In this document: positions 51,693 to 61,692 of the stretch, piece by piece
Layout of the letters: every line of letters starts with the position of its first letter
Numbering within the stretch: position 1 is the first letter of the stretch
NCBI GenBank assembly: GCA_038240075.1
Contig: JBBSEC010000006.1
Location: 70 to 64,069 of the forward strand
Length of the DNA stretch: 64,000 bases
Direction: 5' to 3'
From: Acidimicrobiia bacterium
Lineage (GTDB): Bacteria > Actinomycetota > Acidimicrobiia > IMCC26256 > PALSA-610
The notes under the pieces: generated by a model
What the model saw: only the letters and a program-made list of their open reading frames with translations
The model's database searches: none
What the model was told of the DNA's origin: nothing
Translations under genes and position numbers: made by a program

Positions 51693-52910
51693 TCAGCCTG
51701 TCACGTCTGTCGCGTACGCGCCCGGCCGGGTGAACATGCGGCGCCGCCACCGGCTCGGTGTGAAGAGCGCGGCCCTCGGATAGTCCTCGAACATCCAGCG
51801 CGCGAAGTTGCGGCGGGTCCAGTCGTTCGCATCGACGGCGCGGATCGCGCCGCGCGCGGCCTTGGGTCGTGCGAGCAGCCGCTGCAGTGCGGCCGCGAAC
51901 CGAAGGTCGGTGCCGAGGGACCGGGCGACCCGGTTCCTGTAGTCGTCGCCGACCGATTGGGGGTCGACGCCGTTGCCGTCGCTGATCGCCGACGCCGCGA
52001 GCATGCCGGTCTCGATCGCCTGCGCGATGCCTTCGCCCGTCATCGGGTCGACGACCGCGGCGGCGTCGCCGACGAAGAGCACGCGGCCGTCGGCCAGCGA
52101 TTCGGGGTCGTAGCGGGTGGGGATCGGCCACGCGCGCACGCGATCCTCGGCGACCGCGTCGGGGCCGAGGATGTCGCGCAGCACCGGCCGTTGCAGGAGA
52201 TCGGCCCAGAGCGCCTTCAGTTCGTGGCCCTTGCGACCGTCGCGCAGCACTCCGAAGCCGACGTTGGCGCGCCCACCAGGAAGCGGGAAGACCCAGAAGT
52301 AGCCGGGCAGCAGGTCCTGTTCGAACGCGACCCAGAGCCGGCGGTCGGACACGCCCGAGAAGTACTGGCGCGCCGCGTGCCACTCGCCGAGCGCGGGACC
52401 GGCCGACGGTTGCCACGCGCGGCGAACCGTCGAGAAGTGGCCATCGGCCGCGACGACGTAGCGCGCGGCGTATTCGGGCCCGGTCGTCGTCGTCACGCGG
52501 ACGCCGTGCGCGATCGGAACGACCGACTCGACCGTGCAGTCCTCAGTGAGGTCGACGCCACGCGCGCGGGCGTGCTCGACGAGCTTCGCGTCGAGCACGA
52601 ACCGCGGGACGACGCCCGCGTGCTCGCCGTCGGTCGGCATCGGGAGTGACACCCGCCGGCCGCTCGGCGAGAGCAGGATCGCTTCGTCGACCGCTTCGTA
52701 GCTGCACGGATCGAGCGCGGCGCGGGGAAGGCCGAGCCGCTCGATGAATCGCAGTGCACCCGCGGTCAGGCCGTCGCCGCACGTCTTGTCGCGCGGGAAG
52801 GTCGCGCCGTCGACGACCACGACGTCGAGCCCGCGATCCTTCGCGGTGATCGCCGTCGCGATGCCGGCCGGGCCCGCGCCCACGACCAGGACATCGAGGA
52901 GCCGGCTCAT
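51693..52910 (-). CDS. Geranylgeranyl reductase-family FAD-dependent oxidoreductase
   Basis: DVLVVGAGPAGIATA, DKTCGDGLT, FVGDAAAVVDPMTGEGI. Confidence 0.9.
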   Translation of the reverse strand: MSRLLDVLVVGAGPAGIATAITAKDRGLDVVVVDGATFPRDKTCGDGLTAGALRFIERLGLPRAALDPCSYEAVDEAILLSPSGRRVSLPMPTDGEHAGVVPRFVLDAKLVEHARARGVDLTEDCTVESVVPIAHGVRVTTTTGPEYAARYVVAADGHFSTVRRAWQPSAGPALGEWHAARQYFSGVSDRRLWVAFEQDLLPGYFWVFPLPGGRANVGFGVLRDGRKGHELKALWADLLQRPVLRDILGPDAVAEDRVRAWPIPTRYDPESLADGRVLFVGDAAAVVDPMTGEGIAQAIETGMLAASAISDGNGVDPQSVGDDYRNRVARSLGTDLRFAAALQRLLARPKAARGAIRAVDANDWTRRNFARWMFEDYPRAALFTPSRWRRRMFTRPGAYATDVTG

Positions 52911-52918
52911 CTCCCAGG

Positions 52919-52924
52919 ACGCTA
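52919..52924 (-). promoter_or_regulatory. Putative -10 hexamer for near-leaderless reductase gene
   Basis: TAGCGT (minus strand) ends 8 nt before ATG 52910. Confidence 0.25.
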
Positions 52925-52953
52925 CCGGCCGCTCCGAGACCCGGTCCGATCGG

Positions 52954-53862
52954 TCAGCGCACCTCGCGCCGGCTGAAGATGACCGCCGCGACGATCGTGA
53001 GCCCGACCGCCCAGATGCACGACGTCGCGATCGCGCCGCGGAGGTGCAGGATCTGCGCCTCGGGGTCGCCCGGGTGGTGCACCGGGTTGAGCGCGGTGAG
53101 GATCAGGGCGGTCGCGGGGTTGTACTTCGCGACCCAGTGCCAGTTCTTGAGCGACCCGACGATGCCGCTCGCCACCTGTCCGATGAGGAGCCCGGCGACG
53201 GCCGCGACGGTACGGCGGGCCACCACGGTGATCGCGTAGGCGAGGATCCCGGCGAGGGCGACGGCGGCCCCGACGCGAACGAGGTCGCCCGCGCGTGCCG
53301 CGAACCACGTGGAGTCGAGACCGTTCACGACACCGCGCAGCTCGGAGCCCGCGTACATGAGGACGCCGAGATAGAGCAGGAGCACGATCGCCGTCAACGC
53401 AAGCCCGATGCCGACGGCCAGCGCCTTCACCGTGACCACGCGTGTGCGGCGCGGTTCGAAGATCAACTGCGTGCTCAGCGACCCCGCGCCGAACTCGGCA
53501 CCGACGAACGACGCGCCCACAATGAACGCAACGAGCACCATCGCCACTCCGACGCCGCCGACGGCCTCGGAGTAGTGCCTCGAGATGTTCAGGCGCCGGT
53601 CGCGCCTCAGCGTCGCGACCGTCGGCCGCGTGGTGCAGTCGGTGGGCGCGCCACCGGCAGCCGTTGACCCGGTGGCATCCGTCGGCACGTTGCACACGAA
53701 GCTGGTGCCGCGCTGCGTCGCGGTGCTCTCCGCCGAGCGTGCGATCTGGATCACCATCACCAAGGTCGTCAGCGCGATGCCGAATGCAAACGCACCGCGC
53801 ACGACGCGCCGCGAGAAGAACCGTCGGAGCTCCGCGCCGAGCAGCGCGCCGACACCGCTCAT
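52954..53862 (-). CDS. ABC-2-type transporter permease
   Basis: Six predicted TM helices with a large first extracytoplasmic loop. Starts 10 nt after the ATPase stop. Confidence 0.75.
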   Translation of the reverse strand: MSGVGALLGAELRRFFSRRVVRGAFAFGIALTTLVMVIQIARSAESTATQRGTSFVCNVPTDATGSTAAGGAPTDCTTRPTVATLRRDRRLNISRHYSEAVGGVGVAMVLVAFIVGASFVGAEFGAGSLSTQLIFEPRRTRVVTVKALAVGIGLALTAIVLLLYLGVLMYAGSELRGVVNGLDSTWFAARAGDLVRVGAAVALAGILAYAITVVARRTVAAVAGLLIGQVASGIVGSLKNWHWVAKYNPATALILTALNPVHHPGDPEAQILHLRGAIATSCIWAVGLTIVAAVIFSRREVR

Positions 53863-53872
53863 CGTGTCACCG

Positions 53873-54805
53873 TCATGACGGCGCCGGGTCTTCGTGGGTC
53901 AACTCGAGGAACGCATCTTCGAGGGTGCGTTCGATCGGGCTCAGCTCCGAGAGGTAGATCTGCGCGGCGGCGAGGACGCGAGTGACCTCCTGCGCGCGAT
54001 CGGCCGTCACCTCGACGATCAGGCGGCCCCGGTCGTCGTTCGTCCCCCTGAATCCCGCGGCGGCGAGCGCGTTGGCGGCCGCGCCGTGCTCGGCTTCGGC
54101 GCCGGGGACCGCGACGCGGTACCGCGAGACCGTGCCCTGGAGCAGCTCGCTCACCGTACCCGACGCGATCGTGCGACCGTGCGCCACGATCGCGACGCGG
54201 TCGCACAGCTGCTGGATCTCCGAGAGGATGTGGCTCGAAACGAACACCGTGCGGCCTTCGCCCGCGAGCTGGCGGAGCAGGTTGCGCATCTCGAGGATGC
54301 CCTGCGGATCGAGACCGTTGGCGGGCTCGTCGAGGATCAGCAGCTCGGGGTCCTTCAAGAGCACCGACGCGACTCCGAGCCGTTGCTTCATCCCGAGCGA
54401 GTAGGTGGCGAAGCGCGACTCCGCGCGGTCGTGGAGACCGACGGTCGTCAGCGCCGATTCGACGCGTGCGAGCGGGATCCGGCGACTCCTCGCGAGGAGC
54501 GTGAGGTTGCGGCGACCGGAGAAGCCGGGGAAGAACGACGGCTGCTCGACGAGCGCGCCGACGCGATCGATGACGCTCGGCAGGCGGTCGGGGATCGACG
54601 CGCCCAGCATGCGGATCGTGCCCTTGTTGGCCCGGAGATGACCGACGGCGGCCCGGATCGTCGTGGTCTTGCCGGCGCCGTTGGCGCCGAGGAAACCGAA
54701 AACGCCGCCTTCGGGAACCTCGAGGTCGAGGCCGTCGAGCGCCTTGATAGGGCCCCGACGACCTCGGTACTGCTTCGTCAGGCCCGCCACCTCGATCGCT
54801 GCCAC
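53873..54805 (-). CDS. ABC transporter ATP-binding protein
   Basis: Walker A GANGAGKTTT, signature YSLGMKQRL, Walker B LLILDEP. GTG 54805 chosen. Confidence 0.9.
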   Translation of the reverse strand: MAAIEVAGLTKQYRGRRGPIKALDGLDLEVPEGGVFGFLGANGAGKTTTIRAAVGHLRANKGTIRMLGASIPDRLPSVIDRVGALVEQPSFFPGFSGRRNLTLLARSRRIPLARVESALTTVGLHDRAESRFATYSLGMKQRLGVASVLLKDPELLILDEPANGLDPQGILEMRNLLRQLAGEGRTVFVSSHILSEIQQLCDRVAIVAHGRTIASGTVSELLQGTVSRYRVAVPGAEAEHGAAANALAAAGFRGTNDDRGRLIVEVTADRAQEVTRVLAAAQIYLSELSPIERTLEDAFLELTHEDPAPS

Positions 54806-55062
54806 TGCGCAACCCTTGCACGTCGAACCGCTGCGGAGGTGACAAGCCGGTCCGGAGCAGGCGCCGCGGCGGTGCGCAGTATGGAACGAGACGGCGCAGC
54901 GCACACGCATGCGACCATGAGTTCAGTTCGACTGATGCCGCGCGCGCGGGCCAAACTCTCCGGCCGAGTTCGTGCGCCACGGAGCGGACGCAACCGGCGT
55001 GAGTCCGGGCGTGTGGTGAAGCCGATGCGCACGCGACCAATGAGCCAGGAGACCTGAACGCT

Positions 55063-55839
55063 GTGAACGTCGTCGTCTGTGTGAAGCAGATTCCCGACCC
55101 CGCGGTGCCCGGTGCGCTCGACGCGGACCACACGCTCAAGCGCGAGGGCAAGCTGATTCTCGACGAGTCCGACAGCTACGGCGTCGAGATGGCGCTGCAG
55201 CTCGTCGACACGGCGGGTGGCGGTGAGGTCACGCTCGTCTCGATGACCCCGAACAACGAGGTCTCGGGCCTGCGCACGGCGCTGGCCATGGGCGCCGCGA
55301 AGGCGATCCTGGTCTCCGACCCCGCGTGCGAGGGCACCGACGCGCTCGGGACCGCGAAGGTGATCGCGAAGTGTGTCGAGCACCTCGGTGACGCCGACCT
55401 CGTGCTCACCGCGACCGAGTCGACCGACGGGTACACGGGAACGCTGCCGGCGCAGATCGCGGAGCTGCTCGGCTGGCCCGCACTCACGTTCTCGAAGCAC
55501 GTCGAGATCGCCGACGGCAAGGTGAAGGTCCAGCGCCAGACCGAAGCGGGCTACGACACGGTCGAGGCATCGCTTCCCGCCGTCGTGAGCGTGACCGCCG
55601 GAGTGGTCGAGCCGCGGTACCCGTCGTTCAAGGGGATCATGGCGGCGAAGAACAAGCCGGTCGAGCAGTTGACGGCAACCGATCTCGGTCTCGCCGATCA
55701 GGTCGGTTGGGCCGGCGCCCGCCAGGAGATCACGAACGTCGAGCAGGCGCCCGCGCGCCAGGCCGGCGAGAAGTTCGAGGACGACGGCACCGGCTTCGAA
55801 AAGGTCGTCGCGTTCCTCGAGAAGCTCAAAGTCATCTGA
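55063..55839 (+). CDS. etfB: Electron transfer flavoprotein beta subunit
   Basis: MNVVVCVKQIPD N-terminus and full EtfB collinearity. AGGAGA SD before GTG 55063. Confidence 0.9.
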   Translation: MNVVVCVKQIPDPAVPGALDADHTLKREGKLILDESDSYGVEMALQLVDTAGGGEVTLVSMTPNNEVSGLRTALAMGAAKAILVSDPACEGTDALGTAKVIAKCVEHLGDADLVLTATESTDGYTGTLPAQIAELLGWPALTFSKHVEIADGKVKVQRQTEAGYDTVEASLPAVVSVTAGVVEPRYPSFKGIMAAKNKPVEQLTATDLGLADQVGWAGARQEITNVEQAPARQAGEKFEDDGTGFEKVVAFLEKLKVI

Positions 55840-55859
55840 GGCCGAAGGGAACCACGGGT

Positions 55860-56828
55860 ATGACACTCTCGAAGGTCTGGGTCTTCGCCGAGACCGCGGG
55901 TGACAAGGTGACCACCGCGACGCTCGAGCTTCTCACGAAGGCGCGCGAGCTCGGCTCCGCGATCGAAGTCGTCTACGCGGGCGACGCCGCGGCCGCGGTC
56001 GCGACCACGGTCGGCGAGTACGGCGCGACGAAGGTCTTCCACATCGACCCCGCCGGCTCGTTGCCCGGCGCGGTCGCCGGTGTCGCGATCGCCGGTCTCG
56101 TCGGCGAGCACAAGCCCGACGTCGTGATGTTCGTGCAGAGCTACGACGGCCGCGACGCGCTCGCCCGGCTGTCGGTCCGCCTCGACGCACCGGTGCTCAC
56201 CAACGGGATGAGCCTGTCGCTCGACGGTGACACGCTCGTGTTCGGCACCGCGATCTTCGGCGGCACGACCAACGTCGATGTGAAGCTCGCCGGCGTTGCC
56301 CCTGCGCTCGTCGCGATCCGCCCGAAGTCGTTCGTTGCCGAGCCGTCCGGCGGTTCGGCGGCCGAGGTCGTCGAGGTTGGCGCGGTCGATGCTGGACGCG
56401 CGGCCGAGGCGAAGGTGCTCGAGCGCTTCGAAGAGGAGCAGACCGGCCCGAAGCTCGAAGAAGCGGCGGTCGTCGTCTCCGGCGGTCGTGGCATCGGCTC
56501 GGCCGAGCAGTACAAGCCGTTGGTCGAGGAGCTGGCGAAGCTGCTCAAGGGCGCGTTCGGAGCGTCGCGTGCGATCGTCGACGCCGGCTGGGTGCCGTAC
56601 GCGTTGCAGGTCGGCCAGACCGGCAAGACGGTGAAGCCGAAGGTCTACATCGCGATCGGCATCTCGGGCGCGACGCAGCACCTCGTCGGCATGAAGAACA
56701 GCGACAACATCGTCGCGATCAACAAGGACGCGGAGGCGCCGATCTTCGGTGTCGCCGACCTCGGGATCGTCGGCGACGCGCACAAGGTCGTGCCCGCGCT
56801 CATCGAGGCCATCAAGGCCCACGGCTGA
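55860..56828 (+). CDS. etfA: Electron transfer flavoprotein alpha subunit
   Basis: C-terminal FAD-binding block [12 protein letters not shown]...QVGQTGK.V.P.VYIA.GISGA.QH..GM. Confidence 0.9.
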   Translation: MTLSKVWVFAETAGDKVTTATLELLTKARELGSAIEVVYAGDAAAAVATTVGEYGATKVFHIDPAGSLPGAVAGVAIAGLVGEHKPDVVMFVQSYDGRDALARLSVRLDAPVLTNGMSLSLDGDTLVFGTAIFGGTTNVDVKLAGVAPALVAIRPKSFVAEPSGGSAAEVVEVGAVDAGRAAEAKVLERFEEEQTGPKLEEAAVVVSGGRGIGSAEQYKPLVEELAKLLKGAFGASRAIVDAGWVPYALQVGQTGKTVKPKVYIAIGISGATQHLVGMKNSDNIVAINKDAEAPIFGVADLGIVGDAHKVVPALIEAIKAHG

Positions 56829-57009
56829 GCCCGCGCCGGCCGCGCCGGTGCCCTTGGTCTGTCGGTTCTTCCACATGCGCAATTTTCGGCAGACCAGTGA
56901 CCCCGTTCGGTCGTCGTTCGCAGTCTGCTCAGTGTGAGCCGTCGAGAATTCCGGCAAGCCAGGGGACTGCCTCGCGGGCCGCGGCGAGCGCGTCGGCGAT
57001 ACTGGATCG

Positions 57010-57402
57010 ATGGCTGAACGCAACGTGCTGGGCGGTGAGTTGGAGCCGTGCGGCACCGACCCCGTCACCGGCTTCTATCGCGACGGTTGCTGCAACACGG
57101 GTCCGGAGGATCGCGGGAGCCACACCATCTGCGCGGTGGTCACCACCGAGTTCCTCGATCATCAGCGGAGCATCGGCAACGACCTCTCGACGCCGATGCC
57201 GCAGTACCGGTTTCCCGGCCTCGCGCCCGGCGACCGCTGGTGCGTGACGGCCGCGAACTGGCTACGCGCGCACGTCGACGGTGCGGCCGCGCATGTCGTG
57301 CTCGCGTCGACACACGAGCGCGCGCTCGAGATCGTGCCCCTCGCGGCGCTTCAGGAGCACGCGGTCGACGTGCCCGAGAGCCCGGGCGCGCTCGACACCT
57401 GA
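57010..57402 (+). CDS. DUF2237-family protein
   Basis: [41 protein letters not shown] is the characteristic DUF2237 N-terminus. Confidence 0.8.
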   Translation: MAERNVLGGELEPCGTDPVTGFYRDGCCNTGPEDRGSHTICAVVTTEFLDHQRSIGNDLSTPMPQYRFPGLAPGDRWCVTAANWLRAHVDGAAAHVVLASTHERALEIVPLAALQEHAVDVPESPGALDT

Positions 57403-58031
57403 AGCTTCGGGAGCGGCAGGCGCAGCGCGCGCCGCACGGTTCTCGCGGAGTCGAACGCGGCGTAACCGATACCGAAGATTGGCACCGCGCCGACGACCCA
57501 ACGTTTCGTCAGCCGCCCTGAGGCCCCGTTGATCGCCCGCTTCGTCATCGCGGCGCGACCGGTCGAGGCATCGAGGCCGCCGAGCACTGCGGACCGGATG
57601 TCGGTCGCCAGTTGCGTGGCGTCGATCTCGCAGTGATGCGCGCGCAGCTGGTGGACGCGCACGGACGCCGCGGCGTACGTCTCCACTGTGGCTGCGACCA
57701 GTCCGACCGCGACGACCACCGACGTGCCCGGCGCGGTCAGCGTCGCCGCCGACGCGAGGGTGAGCAGCGCGTCGGCTTCCTCCGTGGTCGCGGCGAGGGC
57801 CGCGAAGCTCGCGGTGAAGGCCGCGGCTGCGGCCGGACTGCGAATGAGCGGGTGTTCGATCACGACCGGCAGGATGAGCCGCAGCAGGTGCTCGTATTCG
57901 CCCTCGAGCGCCGACTGGGCCTGCTTCGGCGAGCGGATCTCCAGCAGCCGGTTGGCGGACTCGCGGACATCGACTTGGAGCGGGGCGGGAAGCCGGTCGA
58001 TCATGCGGTCGATTCGCCGGTGCGCGCTCAC
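57351..58031 (-). CDS. Hypothetical protein (Ala-rich, helical)
   Basis: 226-aa ORF. GGAGATGG SD 7 nt before GTG 58031. Lies 36 nt downstream of the acyltransferase gene on the same strand. Its 3' end overlaps the DUF2237 gene by 52 nt. Confidence 0.5.
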   Translation of the reverse strand: MSAHRRIDRMIDRLPAPLQVDVRESANRLLEIRSPKQAQSALEGEYEHLLRLILPVVIEHPLIRSPAAAAAFTASFAALAATTEEADALLTLASAATLTAPGTSVVVAVGLVAATVETYAAASVRVHQLRAHHCEIDATQLATDIRSAVLGGLDASTGRAAMTKRAINGASGRLTKRWVVGAVPIFGIGYAAFDSARTVRRALRLPLPKLQVSSAPGLSGTSTACS

Positions 58032-58067
58032 GTGGTGACCATCTCCGACCAGCCTTGCCGATCCCGC

Positions 58068-59996
58068 TCAGCGCCGGGTACTCGGGAGGTTGCCGGCGCC
58101 GAGGTCGGGCCGGACCTGGGCGAGCAGCCACCGGGCAACGATCTCGCCGCCGGGGCCTTGGTAGTGGAGCCCGTCGGGTCGCAGGGTCGCACCGTCCTGT
58201 CGCCATCGACACTGCCCGTGTGGGCAGATGTACCCGAAGAGGTCGACGAGGTGCGCGCCCGTTTCCGCGGCAACCGTGCGTCGGAGGTGGTTGTCGCAGT
58301 CCATCGAGCGATCGTTGCCCGGCAGCCCGAAGTACCGCGTGTACGCGGACGTGGTGATCACCACCTCCGCTCCTGCCGCCCCGAGGATTCCGACCTCCCG
58401 CTTCAGGCTGCGTTCGTACAGCGCGTCCCAAGCGCGCGAGCACGGCTCGACGTCGTGACCGAGATAGGTCCCGCCGTTCCCCGCCGGGTTGGTGACGATC
58501 CAGAACACGACCTGCGGGCGAAACCGGCTGACGACACCCCGTTCCCACGGGGGCCCGCACGGCTTCACCGTCAACCGCGCGCCGTTGGCCATCTGGAACG
58601 GGGGGACGTGAACCTCCGGAGGGAACGCGCAACCCAGGAGTCCCGCGTTGAAGACGCGCAGATGTTGCTCGCCTTCGAGTTGTTCGAACGCTTGCCCGAT
58701 GCTGAACGCGACCGAGTTGCCGACGACCATGACGCGCTCAGATCCGGACGGCGCGGTTCGGAACGCGCGGGCCGCGGCCTTGGTCGGTGGCCCGGCCGCG
58801 GCTACGGTGAATCCTGTGCTCGTGCTCGGTGTGCGCGTGGTGATCGTCGCGGCGAACACGACGACGACGAGAACGACGGCGAGGGCGGGCGTGAAGGCCC
58901 GCAACTTCGCGCTCGACAGCGCGCCGTGACGGATCGGTTGCTCGATCCACCGGTACGACGCGGCCGCGGCCGCGATCGCCACCGCGGTCTGGATCGCGAA
59001 CAGCGACCAACCTCCGAGCCCGACGCGCGTGCGGTCGAGATAGAGGTCGATGGGCCAGTGGTAGAGGTACACGCCGTAGCTGATCGCGCCGAGTGCGCAG
59101 AGCGGGCGTAGCGAAAGGACCCGTGAAACCAGGCCCGGAACGGGGTCGACGGCGGCCGCGATCACCGCGGTTGCGGCGAGTCCGCACAGCAGGAAGCCGC
59201 CGCGGTACGGCGCCGACGACTGACCGTCGAGGCTCGTCCACGCGACCGCGAGCACGGCGACGCCACCGAGCCCGAGTACCTCGAGCGCGATCCGGCGGGC
59301 GCGCGACGTTGTCGGACCGTGGATGCTGAACCACGCGGCGAGCGCGGCTCCGAAGAGGATCGCCGCGGCTCTCGTGTCGGTCCCGTAATACGCGCGCGTG
59401 ATGTCGCCGGGGCGGTACAACGCGAACATCAACACACTCGAGATACACGCGAGCGTGAGCGACGTCACCAGCAGGGCCTTGGGCGCCGCGCGCTTCCACC
59501 ACGCGAGCAGGCCGACGAAGAGCAAGGGCCAGAGCACGTAGAACTGCTCTTCGATCGCAAGGCTCCACGTGTGGTCGAGTGGCGATGGCGATGTGAAGAG
59601 CGCGAAGTAGCTCTGGTGCGCGAAGACCCGGTGCCAGTTGGCGGCGTAGCCGACGGTTGCGAGCGTGTCGCCTCTGATCGCGCCCATCTGCTCCGGCGCG
59701 GCGACGAACCGGCTGTACACGGCGACGCCCACCAGGAGCACCGCGAGGGCGGGGAGCAGACGCCGCGCCCGGCGGGCCCAGAAGCCGCCGAGCCCGACGG
59801 CGCCGGTGCGGCTCGATTCGGCGAGGAGCAGCGTGGTGATGAGGAAGCCCGAGAGAGTGAAGAAGAAGTCGACGCCGAGGTACCCGCCGGTCAGGTGGCC
59901 GCCGTGGAACAGGAGCACTCCCGCGACGGCAAGCCCGCGCGCGCCGTCGAGCGCGGCGACGCGACGAACCTTCGTCCCCCCGGCTTCCCCCAGCAC
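58068..59996 (-). CDS. Acyltransferase-3 (OafA/YrhL-like) membrane protein fused to SGNH hydrolase domain
   Basis: N-terminus ALDGARGLAVAGVLLFHGG...GVDFFFTLSGFLIT with ~10 TM helices. C-terminal SGNH-like VMVVGNSVA...DGLHY. GTG 59996 chosen; start uncertain. Confidence 0.85.
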   Translation of the reverse strand: MLGEAGGTKVRRVAALDGARGLAVAGVLLFHGGHLTGGYLGVDFFFTLSGFLITTLLLAESSRTGAVGLGGFWARRARRLLPALAVLLVGVAVYSRFVAAPEQMGAIRGDTLATVGYAANWHRVFAHQSYFALFTSPSPLDHTWSLAIEEQFYVLWPLLFVGLLAWWKRAAPKALLVTSLTLACISSVLMFALYRPGDITRAYYGTDTRAAAILFGAALAAWFSIHGPTTSRARRIALEVLGLGGVAVLAVAWTSLDGQSSAPYRGGFLLCGLAATAVIAAAVDPVPGLVSRVLSLRPLCALGAISYGVYLYHWPIDLYLDRTRVGLGGWSLFAIQTAVAIAAAAASYRWIEQPIRHGALSSAKLRAFTPALAVVLVVVVFAATITTRTPSTSTGFTVAAAGPPTKAAARAFRTAPSGSERVMVVGNSVAFSIGQAFEQLEGEQHLRVFNAGLLGCAFPPEVHVPPFQMANGARLTVKPCGPPWERGVVSRFRPQVVFWIVTNPAGNGGTYLGHDVEPCSRAWDALYERSLKREVGILGAAGAEVVITTSAYTRYFGLPGNDRSMDCDNHLRRTVAAETGAHLVDLFGYICPHGQCRWRQDGATLRPDGLHYQGPGGEIVARWLLAQVRPDLGAGNLPSTRR

Positions 59997-60069
59997 CCTG
60001 CACGCCCTACCGTCATGGACACGTCTTGAAACCCCCAGATGGTACGGCCGCGTCTCGTTGAACGGCGCG

Positions 60070-60876
60070 TTACCTCCAGATCGCGCCTTCGATCGCCGTC
60101 GTGGGGTCGGAGGCGGCCGGCCGTGACAACAGATCCTCCCGCCGCTCCCACATCGCAAGGGCACTGACGACGGCGTCGAAGGCGTCGTCGCTCGCGACCG
60201 CGGCATCGCGCTCCCGAGGCGCGAGCACGCTCGACGGCAGTGAGTCGAGGTGCGCGGCGCGTCCCACCGGGTCGTTGGTCGCGACGGTCGCATACAGCGA
60301 CGGGTACACCTCGAACGCCGTCGCCGCGCCAACGGGGTCGAACGGCCAGATCGAGAACCCGCGTTCGCGTAACCACGCGAGCCACGGCATGCCCCGCAGC
60401 GACCCGGTGCCCACTGCGCCCGCGCCACCGATCTGGAAGATCGACTTCGGCTGCCGGTGTCGCGCGCGCAATTGCCCCTCGCACGCGCGGTAGCGGTCGT
60501 CGGTCGCGAGCGTGCAGCGGGTCGCCGGTCGTCCCCAGAACGGCGGCGCGCAGTCGTGCAACCACTGCTCGCCCTGCGCGGCGACGAGCTTCCATACTGC
60601 GTCGATCGACGCGCACCCGTGCTCGCGGGCGAACCACTCCGGGACCGAGAACGAGAAGTCGAATCCCATGAGCGTGGGTGCCGCCCGGTGAACCGGGCTT
60701 GCGCCGGTGCCGAACGTCGAGTTCAACCACTGAACGACCTCGGCCCGGGTGCGTCCGGAGACCACGTCGATCACGCGTGCTTCCCGCACGGTCGCGGCCA
60801 CGATCTTGCGGCGCTGGCCGGCGGCGGTGGCGTCGCCCGACCAGTCGATCGCGATGCACGTCGGGTCGGCCGCCAC
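60070..60876 (-). CDS. DUF429-family protein (predicted RNase H-like fold)
   Basis: N-terminal IAIDWSG, the MGFDFSFSVP block and C-terminal DDAFDAVVSALA, as in DUF429 proteins. Confidence 0.7.
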   Translation of the reverse strand: MAADPTCIAIDWSGDATAAGQRRKIVAATVREARVIDVVSGRTRAEVVQWLNSTFGTGASPVHRAAPTLMGFDFSFSVPEWFAREHGCASIDAVWKLVAAQGEQWLHDCAPPFWGRPATRCTLATDDRYRACEGQLRARHRQPKSIFQIGGAGAVGTGSLRGMPWLAWLRERGFSIWPFDPVGAATAFEVYPSLYATVATNDPVGRAAHLDSLPSSVLAPRERDAAVASDDAFDAVVSALAMWERREDLLSRPAASDPTTAIEGAIWR

Positions 60877-60882
60877 CAGGCG

Positions 60883-60888
60883 AAACTA
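60883..60888 (-). promoter_or_regulatory. Putative -10 hexamer for leaderless DUF429 gene
   Basis: TAGTTT (minus strand) ends 6 nt before GTG 60876. Confidence 0.35.
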
Positions 60889-60927
60889 ACTGGCGCTCCC
60901 AGCCCCCGACGGCGAGGATCGACGGCG

Positions 60928-61692
60928 ATGCGTGACACGGTGTTGGAGGCGCGCGGCCTCGTAAAGGACTACAAGCGCGCCCGTGCCGTCGACGGCGTCG
61001 ACCTGCTCGTGCACACCGGCGAGCGCGTCGGCCTGCTCGGGCCGAACGGCGCGGGCAAGACCACCACCCTGCTGATGATCCTCGGTGTCATCACGCCCGA
61101 CACCGGGTCGATCGAGGTGTGCGGGCTGCGCATGGACCGCGAACGGAGCCGCGCCGCCGCGCAGATCGGGTTCGCCGCCGGTTACCTACCGCTCGCGGAA
61201 CGGATGCGGGTACGCGAGTACCTCCAGCTCTACGGCCGCCTGTACGGCATCGCGGATCCCAACCCGCAGATCGACGCGGGACTCGAACGGTTTCGGATCC
61301 CGCACCTCGCGGAGGCGATGGGCACCGAGCTCTCGTCGGGGCAACGCACGCTCGTGGGAATCGTGCGGGCCACGCTGCACCGGCCCCGCCTGCTCGTGCT
61401 CGACGAGCCGACCGCGTCGCTCGATCCTGATGTCGCGGCGCGCGTGCGTACCGGTCTCGCCGAACTGAGTGACGAAGACGGCTGCGCGCTGCTGATCACG
61501 AGCCACGACATGGGCGAGGTCGAGCGGGTGTGTGATCGCGTCGTGTTTCTCTCGCACGGCCGGATCGTCGCCGACGGCACGCCCGACGAGATCGCGCGGC
61601 GTTACGGCCACGGCGACCTCGAGGGTGTGTTCATGCAGCTCGCGGAACGCCACGAGTTGAACTCATCGCAACAGACGGACCATCCGCTATGA
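60928..61692 (+). CDS. ABC transporter ATP-binding protein
   Basis: Walker A GPNGAGKTTT, signature LSSGQRT, Walker B LLVLDEP. ATG 60928 chosen inside the longer ORF. Confidence 0.9.
   Translation: MRDTVLEARGLVKDYKRARAVDGVDLLVHTGERVGLLGPNGAGKTTTLLMILGVITPDTGSIEVCGLRMDRERSRAAAQIGFAAGYLPLAERMRVREYLQLYGRLYGIADPNPQIDAGLERFRIPHLAEAMGTELSSGQRTLVGIVRATLHRPRLLVLDEPTASLDPDVAARVRTGLAELSDEDGCALLITSHDMGEVERVCDRVVFLSHGRIVADGTPDEIARRYGHGDLEGVFMQLAERHELNSSQQTDHPL

Noticed and set aside
56829-57009. Imperfect hairpin GGTCTGTCGG-N21-CGGCAGACC after etfA, considered as a terminator, and the 116-aa ORF at 56897-57247.
   Set aside because: The stem has a mismatch, a long loop and no U-tract. The ORF overlaps DUF2237 in another frame and has no motif support.
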